DNA from: Dehalococcoidia bacterium
GTDB taxonomy: Bacteria; Chloroflexota; Dehalococcoidia; Lucifugimonadales; CAUZJF01
Length of the DNA: 64,000 nt
NCBI GenBank assembly: GCA_963665215.2
Contig: CAXXWW010000017.1
Coordinates: 289,761 to 353,760, forward strand
Reading direction: 5' to 3'
This document shows, piece by piece, positions 17,685 through 28,400 of this stretch. Under the pieces are notes generated by a model that saw nothing but the letters and a program-made list of their open reading frames with translations, searched no databases and was not told where the DNA came from. Numbering within the stretch: the stretch's first letter is position 1; each line of letters begins with the position of its first letter. The position numbers and the translations under genes are program-made.

Positions 17685-19469
17685 ATGCTCAGACTTCTTA
17701 GTGTCATCAACTTCGCTACCATAGACCAGCTTGAAATGGAGTTGGCGCCCGGCTTTAACGTGCTGACCGGGGAGACCGGAGCCGGCAAGTCCATCATCGT
17801 GGATGCGATGAGCCTTCTCTTGGGGGGCCGCGCCGACGGCGGCATGGTACGCTCCGGGGCACGCCAGTCCAGAGTGGAGGGCGTCTTCCTGCTCAACGGC
17901 GATATCGCTCAGAAAATCAACGTTGCCCTGGATGAATACGAGATTGACGGTGGCGAAGAGGAGATGATTCTCGCTCGCGAGGTCAACTTAGATGGGCGTA
18001 ATACGTGCCGTGTGAACGGGCGAATTGTACCTCTCAGGCTGTTGAGCACCCTGGCCGAACGCCTGGTGGACATCCACGGCCAAAGTCAACACCTGTCCCT
18101 ATTCCGTGTACGTGAGCACATGGATGTACTGGACCAGTATGGTGGACTATGGCAGCTTCGGACCCAAGTGGCGGAGCGGGTGCGCCAGCTAATGGAGGTG
18201 CGCCGGGAGCTAGACCGGCTTCGGACGGATGAGCAGGAACTTGCCCAACGGGTGGATGTCCTCAGGTATCAGGTGGGGGAGATCGGCGCTGCCAATCTTC
18301 GCCCGGCTGAAGATGAAGACCTGGCCCTTGAGCGGGACCGGGTCGCCAACGCGGAGCGAATTATCGCGCTGTCCGACCACGCCTATCGAGCGCTATACGA
18401 TAGCTTCGACCGGCAAGAATCAGTCATGGACCTTATAGGACAGGTGGCCCAGGACCTCGCCCAGCTGGAGCAATTGGACCCCTCATTGAGCCAGGACCGT
18501 GAGTCGGTAGGTGCCTTGACCCACCAGGTAGACGAGTTGGCGCACAAACTCCGGAGCTATCGTGACAGCATCGAGCACAACCCGGACCGTCTTCGGGAGC
18601 TTGAGGGGCGGCTGGACTTGATCAGGGGTCTCAAGAGGAAGTACGGCGGCACCATCGAGGAAATCCTGGCCTTCGCCGAGAGGGCCTCCGAGGACCTGGA
18701 GAAGCTGTATCACAGCGAAGAGCGCACGGAGGAGTTGAAGTCCCGGGAGATGGAGCTTCGAGGGCAGGCTGGCAGGCTGGCAGGTCAGCTCTCCGAGGCC
18801 CGACGACATGCAGCCAAGCGCCTGGCTGACGCCATCGAGGAGGAGATCGCCGGGCTGGCCGTGGACCACACGCAGGTGTATGTGGATATCCGTCAGTCAG
18901 ACTCGGAGGACGGTGTGCCAGTTGGGACCGGCGACTCCGGCCCATACTCCACACCTTTAGGTGGAGAAGGTGTTAGGTGCTTCGCCTTCAACAGCACAGG
19001 TATAGACTCCGTGGAATTCTTGATCTCGCTGAACCTGGGCGAACCGCCACGGCCCCTGGCCAGGATCGCCTCTGGGGGAGAGGCCGCCAGGCTGATGCTT
19101 GCCATAAAGACCATCCTGTCCACCGCCGACCGGATTCCAATCTTGGTGTTCGACGAGGTAGATGCGGGTATAGGAGGTCGAATCGGGAGTGTTCTGGGTC
19201 AGAAGCTATGGGGTCTGTCCAGAAGCCATCAGGTGCTGTGCGTAACCCATCTCCCGCAGATAGCGTGCTACGCCGAACGCCACGCCAAGGTCATAAAACT
19301 TGCCTCACATGACAGAACCATGACCTCTGTGGAGATTCTGGCCGACGAGGTCAGGGTAACTGAGCTTAGTCAGATGCTCGGCTCCGACAGCGGTGTAACC
19401 CGCAGCAATGCCCTAGAGATGCTGGAGCAGGCGGTGGGGTGGAAGGAGAGCCGAGGAAAAGTCAGTTAA
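17685..19469 (+). CDS. recN: DNA repair protein RecN
   Basis: MLRLLSVINFATIDQLEMELAPGFNVLTGETGAGKSIIVDAM (Walker A), a long coiled coil, the signature ASGGEAARLMLA and LVFDEVDAGIGG. The start at 17685 avoids the REP hairpins that the 17613 track start would include. Confidence 0.9.
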   Translation: MLRLLSVINFATIDQLEMELAPGFNVLTGETGAGKSIIVDAMSLLLGGRADGGMVRSGARQSRVEGVFLLNGDIAQKINVALDEYEIDGGEEEMILAREVNLDGRNTCRVNGRIVPLRLLSTLAERLVDIHGQSQHLSLFRVREHMDVLDQYGGLWQLRTQVAERVRQLMEVRRELDRLRTDEQELAQRVDVLRYQVGEIGAANLRPAEDEDLALERDRVANAERIIALSDHAYRALYDSFDRQESVMDLIGQVAQDLAQLEQLDPSLSQDRESVGALTHQVDELAHKLRSYRDSIEHNPDRLRELEGRLDLIRGLKRKYGGTIEEILAFAERASEDLEKLYHSEERTEELKSREMELRGQAGRLAGQLSEARRHAAKRLADAIEEEIAGLAVDHTQVYVDIRQSDSEDGVPVGTGDSGPYSTPLGGEGVRCFAFNSTGIDSVEFLISLNLGEPPRPLARIASGGEAARLMLAIKTILSTADRIPILVFDEVDAGIGGRIGSVLGQKLWGLSRSHQVLCVTHLPQIACYAERHAKVIKLASHDRTMTSVEILADEVRVTELSQMLGSDSGVTRSNALEMLEQAVGWKESRGKVS

Positions 19470-19470
19470 G

Positions 19471-19745
19471 GTGGGTAGTCGAATCGTCATGGCAGGTGTC
19501 GCTGTGGTGATGGCTGTGGCGTCTACATCCTGCGAACCAGTCACCGACGCTGGCGTGAGATATGTGGCGATAGCGGAAGACGGAACCGTCGTTGCGACGA
19601 TGGCCGAGTATATAATCGGGAGTCTGGAGTCAATGCAATCTGCCACGACCAGTGATGGTGGACGTACATGGACCAACGCCGATAAGACCTATCGGAAAGC
19701 GGGGAACGAGAGCGTGCAGATCCCCAGAGGCATCTACGCAATTCA
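19471..19745 (+). pseudogene. Lipoprotein fragment with a BNR motif
   Basis: It has a signal/lipobox-like N-terminus (AVASTSC) and TSDGGRTW (SxDxGxTW). The 3' part of the ORF is antisense to a recombinase relic, so the gene is probably truncated. Confidence 0.35.
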
Positions 19746-19860
19746 GAGTGCCCGCGTAGACCTCGTTTCTGAGGATAGCGTGGACTCTGGTCTTGCCCCA
19801 GATCTCTCCTGCGGGGCTGGCGATACCCTCGTCGTTGAGGGTGCGGGCTGACAGACGACT
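19745..19860 (-). pseudogene. Large serine recombinase relic (recombinase-domain fragment)
   Basis: The minus-frame peptide is SARTLNDEGIASPAGEIWGKTRVHAILRNEVYAGT. It matches the LNxxGIxxPxGxxWxxxxVxxILxNxxYxG block of large serine recombinases. Confidence 0.5.
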
Positions 19861-20005
19861 GGCGTGCGAAGGGTTGGGCAGCACAAAGTAGACACGAGAC
19901 GAGCAGCGTCTGTAGCGGAGCGCTATGGGTCTTGCGCCGGGTAGTCGACGGCGGAGGTCACGTCCCGTCAAGTGGTGCAAGAGTGCGTCATCCTGCTGAT
20001 GTTGT

Positions 20006-20350
20006 CTAAGCCGCAGTCGTTTCTGCGGGTTCGGCCCCTGCAAGAGCTTCATTGAAGGTGAGAACCGTGGGTGTGAGGTATCGACGGCCGACGGCCCATT
20101 CGTCGTGCTGTTCAGCCAGGACGGCGCCAACCAGGCGACGCACGGCTGGTCGGTTAGGGAAGATGCCCACGACATCGGTGCGACGTCTGATCTCCTTGTT
20201 GAGACGCCCCCAGGGGGTTGTTGGACCAGATCTTCTTCCAGTGGGGGACAGGGAAGCTGGAGAAGGCCAGGATATCGGGTCCAGCCTCGTCCAGTAGAGA
20301 GGCGACCTGAGGGAACCGGTCCTGGAGTTGATCGGTCACCCTATCGAGTT
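20006..20350 (-). pseudogene. C-terminal remnant of a different IS256-family transposase (frameshifted)
   Basis: The sequence is [28 protein letters not shown] followed, after a frame shift, by [44 protein letters not shown]. It is cut at 20350 by IS256 copy 2. Confidence 0.75.
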
Positions 20351-21719
20351 GAGGTATCTTCAAAAAGTGTGTAAACAGTCAGGCGGTGTACCCTCTCTCT
20401 GAACAACACGGGCTCGAGGCCCAAGAGAGGAGATAGACCGCCCATGAGGAAGGAAAGCACTGAGAGTAGGTCGGAGTCAAGGCCGGAGTGGGAGCAGTTG
20501 GAGGATTGGGTGCGAAGCCAGGTCCAGAGGCTGATCCAGGAGTTGCTGGAGGAGGAGGTGACGGCGTTTCTGGGAAGGGCGAAGTCGGCGCTCAGATCCG
20601 ACTCGGACTCACGATACCGGCTATCGGAACGGATACGGCAGAGCCCGGAGGCTTACGCTGAGTTCGGGAACGATACAGCTGAGGCGGCCGCGAGTCCGCG
20701 ATACCGAGGAGCAGTTCGAGAGCCGGCTGCTGCCGCTGTTCGTCAACAGGACCAGGAAGGTTGCTGAGTTGATCCCCGAGCTGTACCTGCACGGTCTATC
20801 CGAAGGCGACTTCGATCTGGCTTTGCGGGGGCTGCTGGGAGAGGACGCACCGGTATCGGCGAGCACGGTGGCCCGGTTGAAGGATAAGTGGAACGATGAG
20901 CTTGCCCAATGGCGCAGCCGGCCCCTCGATGACCTGGAAGTGGTCTACATGTGGGTGGATGGAGTCTACGTCAAGGCTGGTCTTGAGAAGGAGAAGGCGG
21001 CGGTACTGGTGGTGATGGCGGCCCTGAGCGACGGGAGCAAGGTGGTGGTGAGCGCTGTTCCCGGATACAGGGAGTCCACAGAGAACTGGTCCGAGGTGCT
21101 CAGGGACATCAAGCGCCGGGGCTTGAGCTGCCCGAGGCTGGTGGTTGGAGACGGACACCTGGGCATCTGGGGAGCTCTGCGCAACGTCTATCCGCAGGCG
21201 GCAGAGCAACGCTGCTGGAACCACAAGATCGTAAACGTGCTCGCCAAGCTTCCAAAGCGACGACAGGACCAGGCCAAGCTCATGCTGCGTACTATCCCCT
21301 ACGCGCCGACTCGGACAGAGGCTGAGCGGCTCAGGACGGTGTTCACCAGGTGGTGCGGCGACCATTCCTACGAGGCGGCCTCAGAGGCCTTGGAGCGGGA
21401 CTGGGACCGCATGGTCACCTTCTATGACTTCCCAAAGGAGCACTGGGGGCACCTTCGCACGACGAACCCGGTAGAATCACCCTTCGCGGCCCTCAGGCTT
21501 CGGACCGATGCCGCCAAGCGCTACAAGAGGGTCGATCGGGCGATAGCGGTGATCTGGAAAATGTTGATGGTCGCCGAACAGCGCTTCAGGCGTCTGAAGG
21601 CCCCTGAGTTGATCGAAGACGTCTATCTCGGTGCACAGTATGCGGATGGAATCGCCATTGAATCAACGGCTGAGAAGGTCGCCGCCTGATGTCGTTTACA
21701 CACCTATTGACGTAACCTC
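20351..21719 (+). mobile_element. IS256-family IS, copy 2 (no target duplication)
   Basis: It has the same termini as copy 1. The flanks ATCGAGTT and GAGATCGT are unrelated. Confidence 0.9.
20444..21689 (+). pseudogene. IS256-family transposase, frameshifted
   Basis: One extra base near 20612 (GACTCACGATACC versus GACTCAGATACC in the other copies) splits the ORF into 20444-20767 and 20769-21689. Confidence 0.9.
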
Positions 21720-23516
21720 GAGATCGTGGTGAAAGACGATGGGAACGGCATGACCTTTGCCGAATGCCAAAACCGATTTCTGAACGTCGGGCTTGCCCGA
21801 CGTGGAAACGACAGGACCGAAAGGTCTCCTTTGAAAGGGAGGCGGATCCTCGGTCGTAAAGGAATCGGGAAATTCGCTGGCTTCGTCATAGCTGAAGTGG
21901 TTCGCGTTGAAACCGTGAGTAGAACTAGCGGCGAGAGAACTGTTTTCGAGATGGACATCTCGAAGTTGCGCTCCGATGAATACGTCAATCCTGAAGGGAC
22001 GGAGATTGATCTAATCGAGTATGAAGCTCCAGAAGACGACCGACAGCAGGAACACGGCACCACTATTCGGCTTAGGCGTCTGGTTCTTTCACAGCGCCGC
22101 GAGCCTACGTCGTTCGCCCGCAGCATGGCTAGACGGTTCTTGATACATCAGACTGCCGTCGACTTTCGTGTTCGCGTCAACGAAGTGCCTTTGCCCGGGG
22201 ACGACGATTTGCTTCCGGTACAGTTCTCGTTCCCGACCGAGTACCGGACCGAGGAACGTCCGACTGATCTTGATATCAAGGGGGGCTGGGGCATTGAGAC
22301 TGTCGGCGGCCAAGAAGTCAGGTGGCGTGTGCTTTTCTATCACGACCCCATCGGGGAAGAAGAACTGAGGGGCATTAGCGTGTTCGCAGGCGTTAAGATG
22401 GTGCAGGCACCTTTCTTCTTCAATCTCTCCGGTGGCCTTTCGGGGCAGCACGGCCAGCAGTATATTGCTGGCAATATCCAGGCCGATTCCCTCGATGAAC
22501 AAGAAGCAGACCTTGTCGCGCCGGAACGCCAGCGAGTGAACTGGGATCATCCTCTGGCCTCCCAAATCGAGGAGTGGGGACGCCGGCGTCTGAGGCAACT
22601 CCTGGGTATCTGGAGAGACCGACGAGGGGAGGATCGAGAACGGCAGCTTGAAGCGCGTCTCGCGGGGTTCGCTGCCCGACTCGGGCGGCTGAGTGACCAC
22701 GAGCGGACCACCGTCTCTCGGGCGATTAGGCGAGTGGCGCAGGTCGAGACTCTTTCTCAAGACCAATTCGAGGACCTGGGAAACGCGATGGTCACGGCCT
22801 GGGAGCAGGGAAGGTTGCATGACCTCGTAGGCGACATCGCCCAGGTCGAAGACCTGACATCCGATCAACTTCTGGGGATCCTCGCTGAGGCCCAAGTCTT
22901 GACAGCTCTGAATACGGCTGAAGCCGTTAGGACGAAGTTGTTGACTGTGGGCGGGCTGAAGCAGCGGATAGATCGCAGGGATCTCGAGAACGCCGTCCGA
23001 GACTACATAAGCCAACATCCCTGGCTCGTCTCTCCGAAGTGGGAGACCTTTGCTGCGGAGACAGGAGTAAAGCAGTTACTCGAACGGGCATTAGCGGAGT
23101 CTGGCATTCAAACCGACCCAGACTTCGCAGGCAGGGTTGACCTTGCACTATCAAGCGGTGAACACCTACTCGTCCTGGAGTTCATGCGGCCCGGCCTCAG
23201 GCTTGATTGGGACCACGTCAACCGCTTCGAGCGATATGTGAGAATCGTCGGAGCCAATGTAAGGGCGAATACGGGAGGTAGGTTCAAGCGGGCTACGGGC
23301 TACATCGTCGCGGACAAGCTGCACGATCGAGTTGAACTCGTGGACAAGATCATCGCACTAGAAGACGATGATATGTTCGCTCTGGACTGGCCAACGCTCT
23401 TCACAAACGCGATCGCACAGTGGCAAGAGTTTCTGGTCATCTTGGCGGGGCGGGACCCTCACGACGAACGACTGCAGGTCTTGATCGACGAGCATACTGG
23501 GCTGGCTCCGCAGTGA
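21720..23516 (+). pseudogene. GHKL (MORC/HATPase_c_3-like) ATPase with a C-terminal Shedu/DUF4263-like nuclease-fold region, 5'-truncated
   Basis: The frame opens at the IS end: EIVVKDDGNGM (G1 box) and GRKGIGKFAG (G2 box), with the N-box missing. The C-terminus HPWLVSPKW...PDFAGRVDLAL..HLLVLEFMRPG resembles the DUF4263 core. Confidence 0.6.
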
Positions 23517-23689
23517 CACATCGACCGCGCTCTATGGCGTCCGCAGCCTGAAGTCACGAGATGTCCAGATGTCGCACCAAGGCGCCATTCACGAGGGCGG
23601 CCATGTCGTGTCTGTGGTCCCCAGCAGCGTGGCCGGGACGAACCATGCACATCGAGGGCAAAGATTCGGGCCGCGCAACGTACCGGCAT

Positions 23690-23798
23690 CGCTAACCGCC
23701 AATGCACAACCCATGGAATCGATCGCGAGCCGCTTGACCTTGTGCACAACCTCGCTGGCCACGTAACCCGTGAGGCGTTCAATGATGGGATCGGTCAT
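23690..23798 (-). pseudogene. Possible MmgE/PrpD-family N-terminal remnant
   Basis: MTDPIIERLTGYVASEVVHKVKRLAIDSMGCALA resembles the PrpD N-terminus (..llD.lGcalaG). The frame then degenerates. Confidence 0.3.
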
Positions 23799-23896
23799 GC
23801 TCTCGCACCTCCTCCAAGACTCATATGGCCTGGCTGAGTGCTTCTTGAAATCCTGAGCCATGCCGCAACATAATGCCGGAGCATGGGCCCCGGTAG

Positions 23897-24060
23897 GATC
23901 ACAGAGCTCTCAACCACATCTCGAAGACGGCTTTTGTCTACCGTCCACTTCGGCCCATGAAGAGAGTCTCGAACTTTCCGTGAGGACTCCGTTGCCGGGG
24001 ATCACAGAGACCCCAGCCACATCTCGAAGATGGTTCCACCTACCATCCACTTAGGCCCAC
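23897..24060. repeat. Tandem 102-bp repeat (1.6 units), member of the R1 family
   Basis: The units start with GGATCACAGAG at 23897 and 23999. Each contains CCACATCTCGAAGA(C/T)GG...CTACC(G/A)TCCACTT(C/A)GGCCCA. Confidence 0.65.
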
Positions 24061-24225
24061 CAAACTGGACAAATCAAGAGCCTTCGTACTCAGATTCAGG
24101 TTGGTCCCGTAACGGCTGCGCTGGAGGTGGTAGTTGCCACTGCCGAACGCGCCGTGAGGACAGGAAGGTAAGGATGACTGGCACTGGCCGTTGGTGGTCA
24201 CTCGGCAGACAGGGCGGACATGTTG

Positions 24226-24360
24226 AAGTCGTGGGATACAATCCCGAGTGGCCTCAGGTTTTCGAGCGTGAGGCGGCTGCTATCCTAGAAGCGTGCCGAC
24301 CCTGGGTCACTGAGGTTCATCACGTCGGCAGCGCCTCAGTACCAGGACTAGCAGACGGCT
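24226..24360 (+). pseudogene. GrpB-family protein fragment
   Basis: VEVVGYNPEWPQVFEREAAAILEACRPWVTEVHHVGSASVPGLA matches the GrpB N-terminal pattern (PYDPAWP ... HIGSTSVPGL). Similarity is lost after this point. Confidence 0.45.
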
Positions 24361-24801
24361 GCAATGGCGGTGGGCTCAGTCGGCAAGCGACTGAAGTACG
24401 AAGACCTGGTCGGACTGCCGTGGACACGCCAGCCCGCGATGCTATAACAAGGATCGGTCCAATGCCTACAAAGCACGACCTAGAAGTCACCCGACTCGTC
24501 CAAGATTACCCTAATGTCCGTGCACACAGATGCGCTTGGTGTGAAAATGTGGTAGATTTGCCCCCAGCGGAGGCGATAGTGCCTGAGCGGCTCCTCACTC
24601 TGGATGGCGTCCGCCAGATCTTTTGAGAGAACTCACAACTTGAGAAGGAACTCTCAAATGAGTTAGTAGAACGGATTCAAACACAGTGCAATCTCTCGAG
24701 GGAGAAGCTCGGTTACTTCCTGGACAGGCAGGCAAACGTCTTCCCGGCCATACGCTATCCATACATCGGAGATTGGATAATTCCCAATTAAAGGGATCGA
24801 C

Positions 24802-25461
24802 ATGAAACTCGGCAGACTTGTCATTCCAACCGTAGCCACTATTGCCGTGCTGCTGTTGGGTACGCTCATGGGTAAATTGGTCCCCACCGGACCGATCCTG
24901 GCCACTGAACCCACGCCCATACCGATCGAGCTCCCCGAGCCGCCGGACAAGGCGCCGCCATTGGAGCGCTCCACACAGGTGACCCGTTCAGAAGCGGCAG
25001 CCGCCCTGGACCAGGGAACGGTCCACACTTGGGAGGACGGCGACAGGACGATGAGGGTGCTGCTTCAGAACGGCCTGGTCGTCCAGAAGACCGCCGCCAA
25101 CACGTCCGAGGACGTTGTGGTTGCGGAGGAAGCCGAGGACAGCGTCGTCCGGAAGCAGGCTAGACACGGCCCCGACGCTCGCCCCGTGTTCCGCTCCGAA
25201 TCGGGAGGCGGGCTAATGACGCTGCCCGGCGGCGTTCTGCTGGCCCTCGATCCTGGCTGGGACGATGCCCAGGTCGGGGATTTCCTCTCCCACAACGACA
25301 TATCGACAGACAGGACTTCTGAGCTGGGCTTCCTGCAGAACGGCTTCCTGATCGAGACCGAACCGGGCTTCCCGTCGCTGGAGCTGGCCAACGCGCTGGC
25401 CGGCCAGGACGGCGTCCTGATTTCCAGCCCCAACTGGCGGACAGAGGTTGAAGCAAAGTGA
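24802..25461 (+). CDS. Membrane-anchored protein resembling a subtilase pro-domain
   Basis: It has an N-terminal TM helix. The C-terminal 90 aa (PVFRSESGG..LPGGVLLALDPGW..LANALAGQDGVLISSPNW) resemble N-terminal propeptides of S8 peptidases. It overlaps the start of the S8 gene by 4 nt. Confidence 0.45.
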   Translation: MKLGRLVIPTVATIAVLLLGTLMGKLVPTGPILATEPTPIPIELPEPPDKAPPLERSTQVTRSEAAAALDQGTVHTWEDGDRTMRVLLQNGLVVQKTAANTSEDVVVAEEAEDSVVRKQARHGPDARPVFRSESGGGLMTLPGGVLLALDPGWDDAQVGDFLSHNDISTDRTSELGFLQNGFLIETEPGFPSLELANALAGQDGVLISSPNWRTEVEAK

Positions 25462-28400
25462 AATCCATCTCACTCCTATCTCCCATCTCTTGTCTCCTCT
25501 TGATCGCCGTGGTCGCCATCTGTTTCATCCTGAGCGCGGGTGTCGTCGCGGCCCAGACGGCTGACGACCACGGCGACACCTTCGCCACGGCCACGGCCCT
25601 GTCGCTGGGGTCCTCGATAGCCGGACGCATCGACCACGGCGACGATCACGACGTCTTCGAGATCGACCTGTCTCGCGCGTCGGGCCCCACCGACGTCTGG
25701 GCATACGCAACCGGCGAATACGATGCCGTTGGCGGCTTGTATGACAGCAATAGGGCTCTGCTCTCATTCAGTGACGACAGCCTCCTCGCGGGCAGCCTGC
25801 GCAACTTCAGTGTGCGGAGCAGTGTGCCCCCGGGCATCTACTACGTGGTTGTCGCCAGCTACGAGGGGGAGTCGGGGGAGTACACCATACACGCCCAGGC
25901 GGTGACGGACCCGGGCAGCTCCACAGGCACGGCGGCGCGCCTGGTCCTGGGCTCGCCCGCCGGGGGTACGATCGACACCCCAGAGGACGCGGACTACTTC
26001 AGGCTGTACTTCCCCGAATCGACGCACGCGATCATCGAGGCCAGGACCACGAACCTGGCGCCCATCAGCGCCGACCTGCTCGACGCCCAGGGCAGGGAGA
26101 TCTCCGCGAATGTCTATCACCTGATAGTGAGATTCGGCTTTCGGTTCAGGCATGGCTTCCGGATTCTGGACGACTTCGGCCCGGGCACGTACTACCTCAG
26201 GGTGACCACTCCCAATGATCTCGCGCCTCGTCCCGTGCCCTACACCATCTACGCCTACGAGGATGACGAGTACACCGAGTACGCGGAGGAGTGCGAAGCC
26301 AGGACCCGCGCGTTGAACGATCCGCAGATCAGCGACCCCCTGTATGCGTGCCAGTGGCACCTCGACAGCCCTGACTACGCGAACATCGATGTCGAGTCCG
26401 CCTGGGCGGAGGGAGTCAAGGGCGAGGGCGTCACCGTCGCCGTAGTGGACGACGGGATGGACCCGACCCATGTCGACCTCAGAGACAACGTAAACACCGC
26501 GCTGAACTATGACTACACCGAGTCCGGGGAGATCTTCGACCCCTTCGAGCACCACGGCACACACGTCTCCGGGATCATCGCGGCCAGGGACAACGCCGTC
26601 GGCGTGCGCGGCGTGGCCCCGCGAGCCACCATCTACGGGTACAATTTCCTTGCCGCACCGTCGTTCTTCAACGAGGTCGACGCCATAAGCCGCAATGCGG
26701 TTGTGACCGCCGTGTCCAACAATAGCTGGGGGTCTCTCGACGGCCCGGAGCTGAGCTCCGCTACCTCGTTCTGGGAGATGGCCGTGAACGCGGGGATCAC
26801 CACCGGCTACGACCGCAAGGGCACCTTCTACGTCTTCAGCGCCGGCAACGGCCACCTGCTGGGAGACGACTCGAACCTTGACGAGTACGTCAACTACTTT
26901 GGCGTGACCGCCGTATGCTCCGTGAACACCAGCGGCAGCAGGGCCGGCTACTCAGAGATGGGCGCCAACCTGTGGGTCTGCGCCCCCTCGAACAACCGTC
27001 CGGGGCCTCTGGGCGCAACACTGGGCATTCTCACTACCGAGAACTCCGACCGCTACGTGAAGGACTTTGGCGGCACCTCCGCCGCGGCCCCCATCGTCTC
27101 GGGCGTGGCGGCGCTAATGCGCAGCGCCAACCCGGAGCTGACCTGGCGGGACCTGAAGCTGATTCTGGCCGCTTCCGCGCTCAAGAACGACGCCGACAGC
27201 TCCGGCTGGGAAGAGGGAGCCCGCACGTATCGCTCCGCCAGCGACGCGGACCGCTATCACTTCAACCACGAGTACGGCTTCGGCCTGGTCGACGCCGGAG
27301 CCGCCGTCGCCCTGGCTGAGGGATGGACCAACGCTCCGCCGCTGCAGGTACGCGGGGTCGGATCGGACGAGCTGAGCGAGCTGGTCCCCGACGCCCCGCC
27401 CACCGGCGACCCGACGACCGTCGTCAGCGAGCTGACACTGGACACGGGCATCGGATTCACCGAGTTCGTGGAGGTCAACGTCGCCTTCCTGCACGGCTCT
27501 TTCCGGGACTTGGATATCGAGCTGGAGTCGCCCTCGGGAGCCGTCTCCAAGCTGGCGGTCCACTTCGACACCTTTACGGACTACTACGACCCATTTTCCG
27601 ACTTCGTGCCGCTGCGCGGGGCGTTCCGATTCGGCTCGGCAAGACACCTGGGCGAAGACCCCAACGGCGTCTGGAAGCTGCGAGTGACCGACCGCATACA
27701 CGTCGTGGACGGCGCCTTCGAAGGATGGAACCTCATCGTCTATGGGCACGCGCCCACGCCCGACGCTCCGACCGTGGACTCCGTCACCCCCGGCGCCGGG
27801 TCGTTGGCCGTTGCCTGGACCGCCCCCGTCCCGACCACCGGCTCGGAGGTAACCGCCTACGACCTGCGCTATATTCAGACCGACGCCGACGAGACGGTGG
27901 AGTCCAACTGGACCGTTGTGGAAGAGGTCTGGGCAGCCGGCGCCGGCGACCTGGAGTACGCGGTCACCGGGCTGACGGGAGGCGCAGAGTACGACGTGCA
28001 GCTCCGGGCGATCAACGAGTGGGGCGCCGGCGCCTGGTCGGCAGCCGAGTCCGCGACTCCGCAGAACGCCCTGCCTTCGTTCAATGAGGGCGCGACAACA
28101 GCCCGCTCCGTTGCCGAGAACACGCCCGGGGGCGGTAACGTGGGCGACCCCGTGGCCGCCATCGACGACGACGCGCTGGCATACACGCTGGCCGGTCCCG
28201 ACGCCGCCCTATTCGAGGTCGTCGCCGACACCGGCCAGATCCGCGTCGGCGCGACCACCTCCCTCGACTTCGAAGACCCCGACAACCTGGACCACGAACA
28301 CCAGGTCACCGTCACCGCAACTGACCCGTCCGGCGCCAGCGCCAGCGTCACAGTGACCATCGCCGTCACCGACCTGAGCCTGGGCGAGCCGGGCGACACC

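Noticed and set aside
24030-24626. A 198-aa ORF treated as a single gene.
   Set aside because: Only about 45 residues (24226-24360) look like a real protein (GrpB). The N-terminal part is translated from the tandem repeat and the rest has no similarity pattern. I called only the fragment.
25764-26855. A 363-aa ORF antisense to the S8 protease.
   Set aside because: It is a shadow ORF. The catalytic triad and domain order are on the plus strand.
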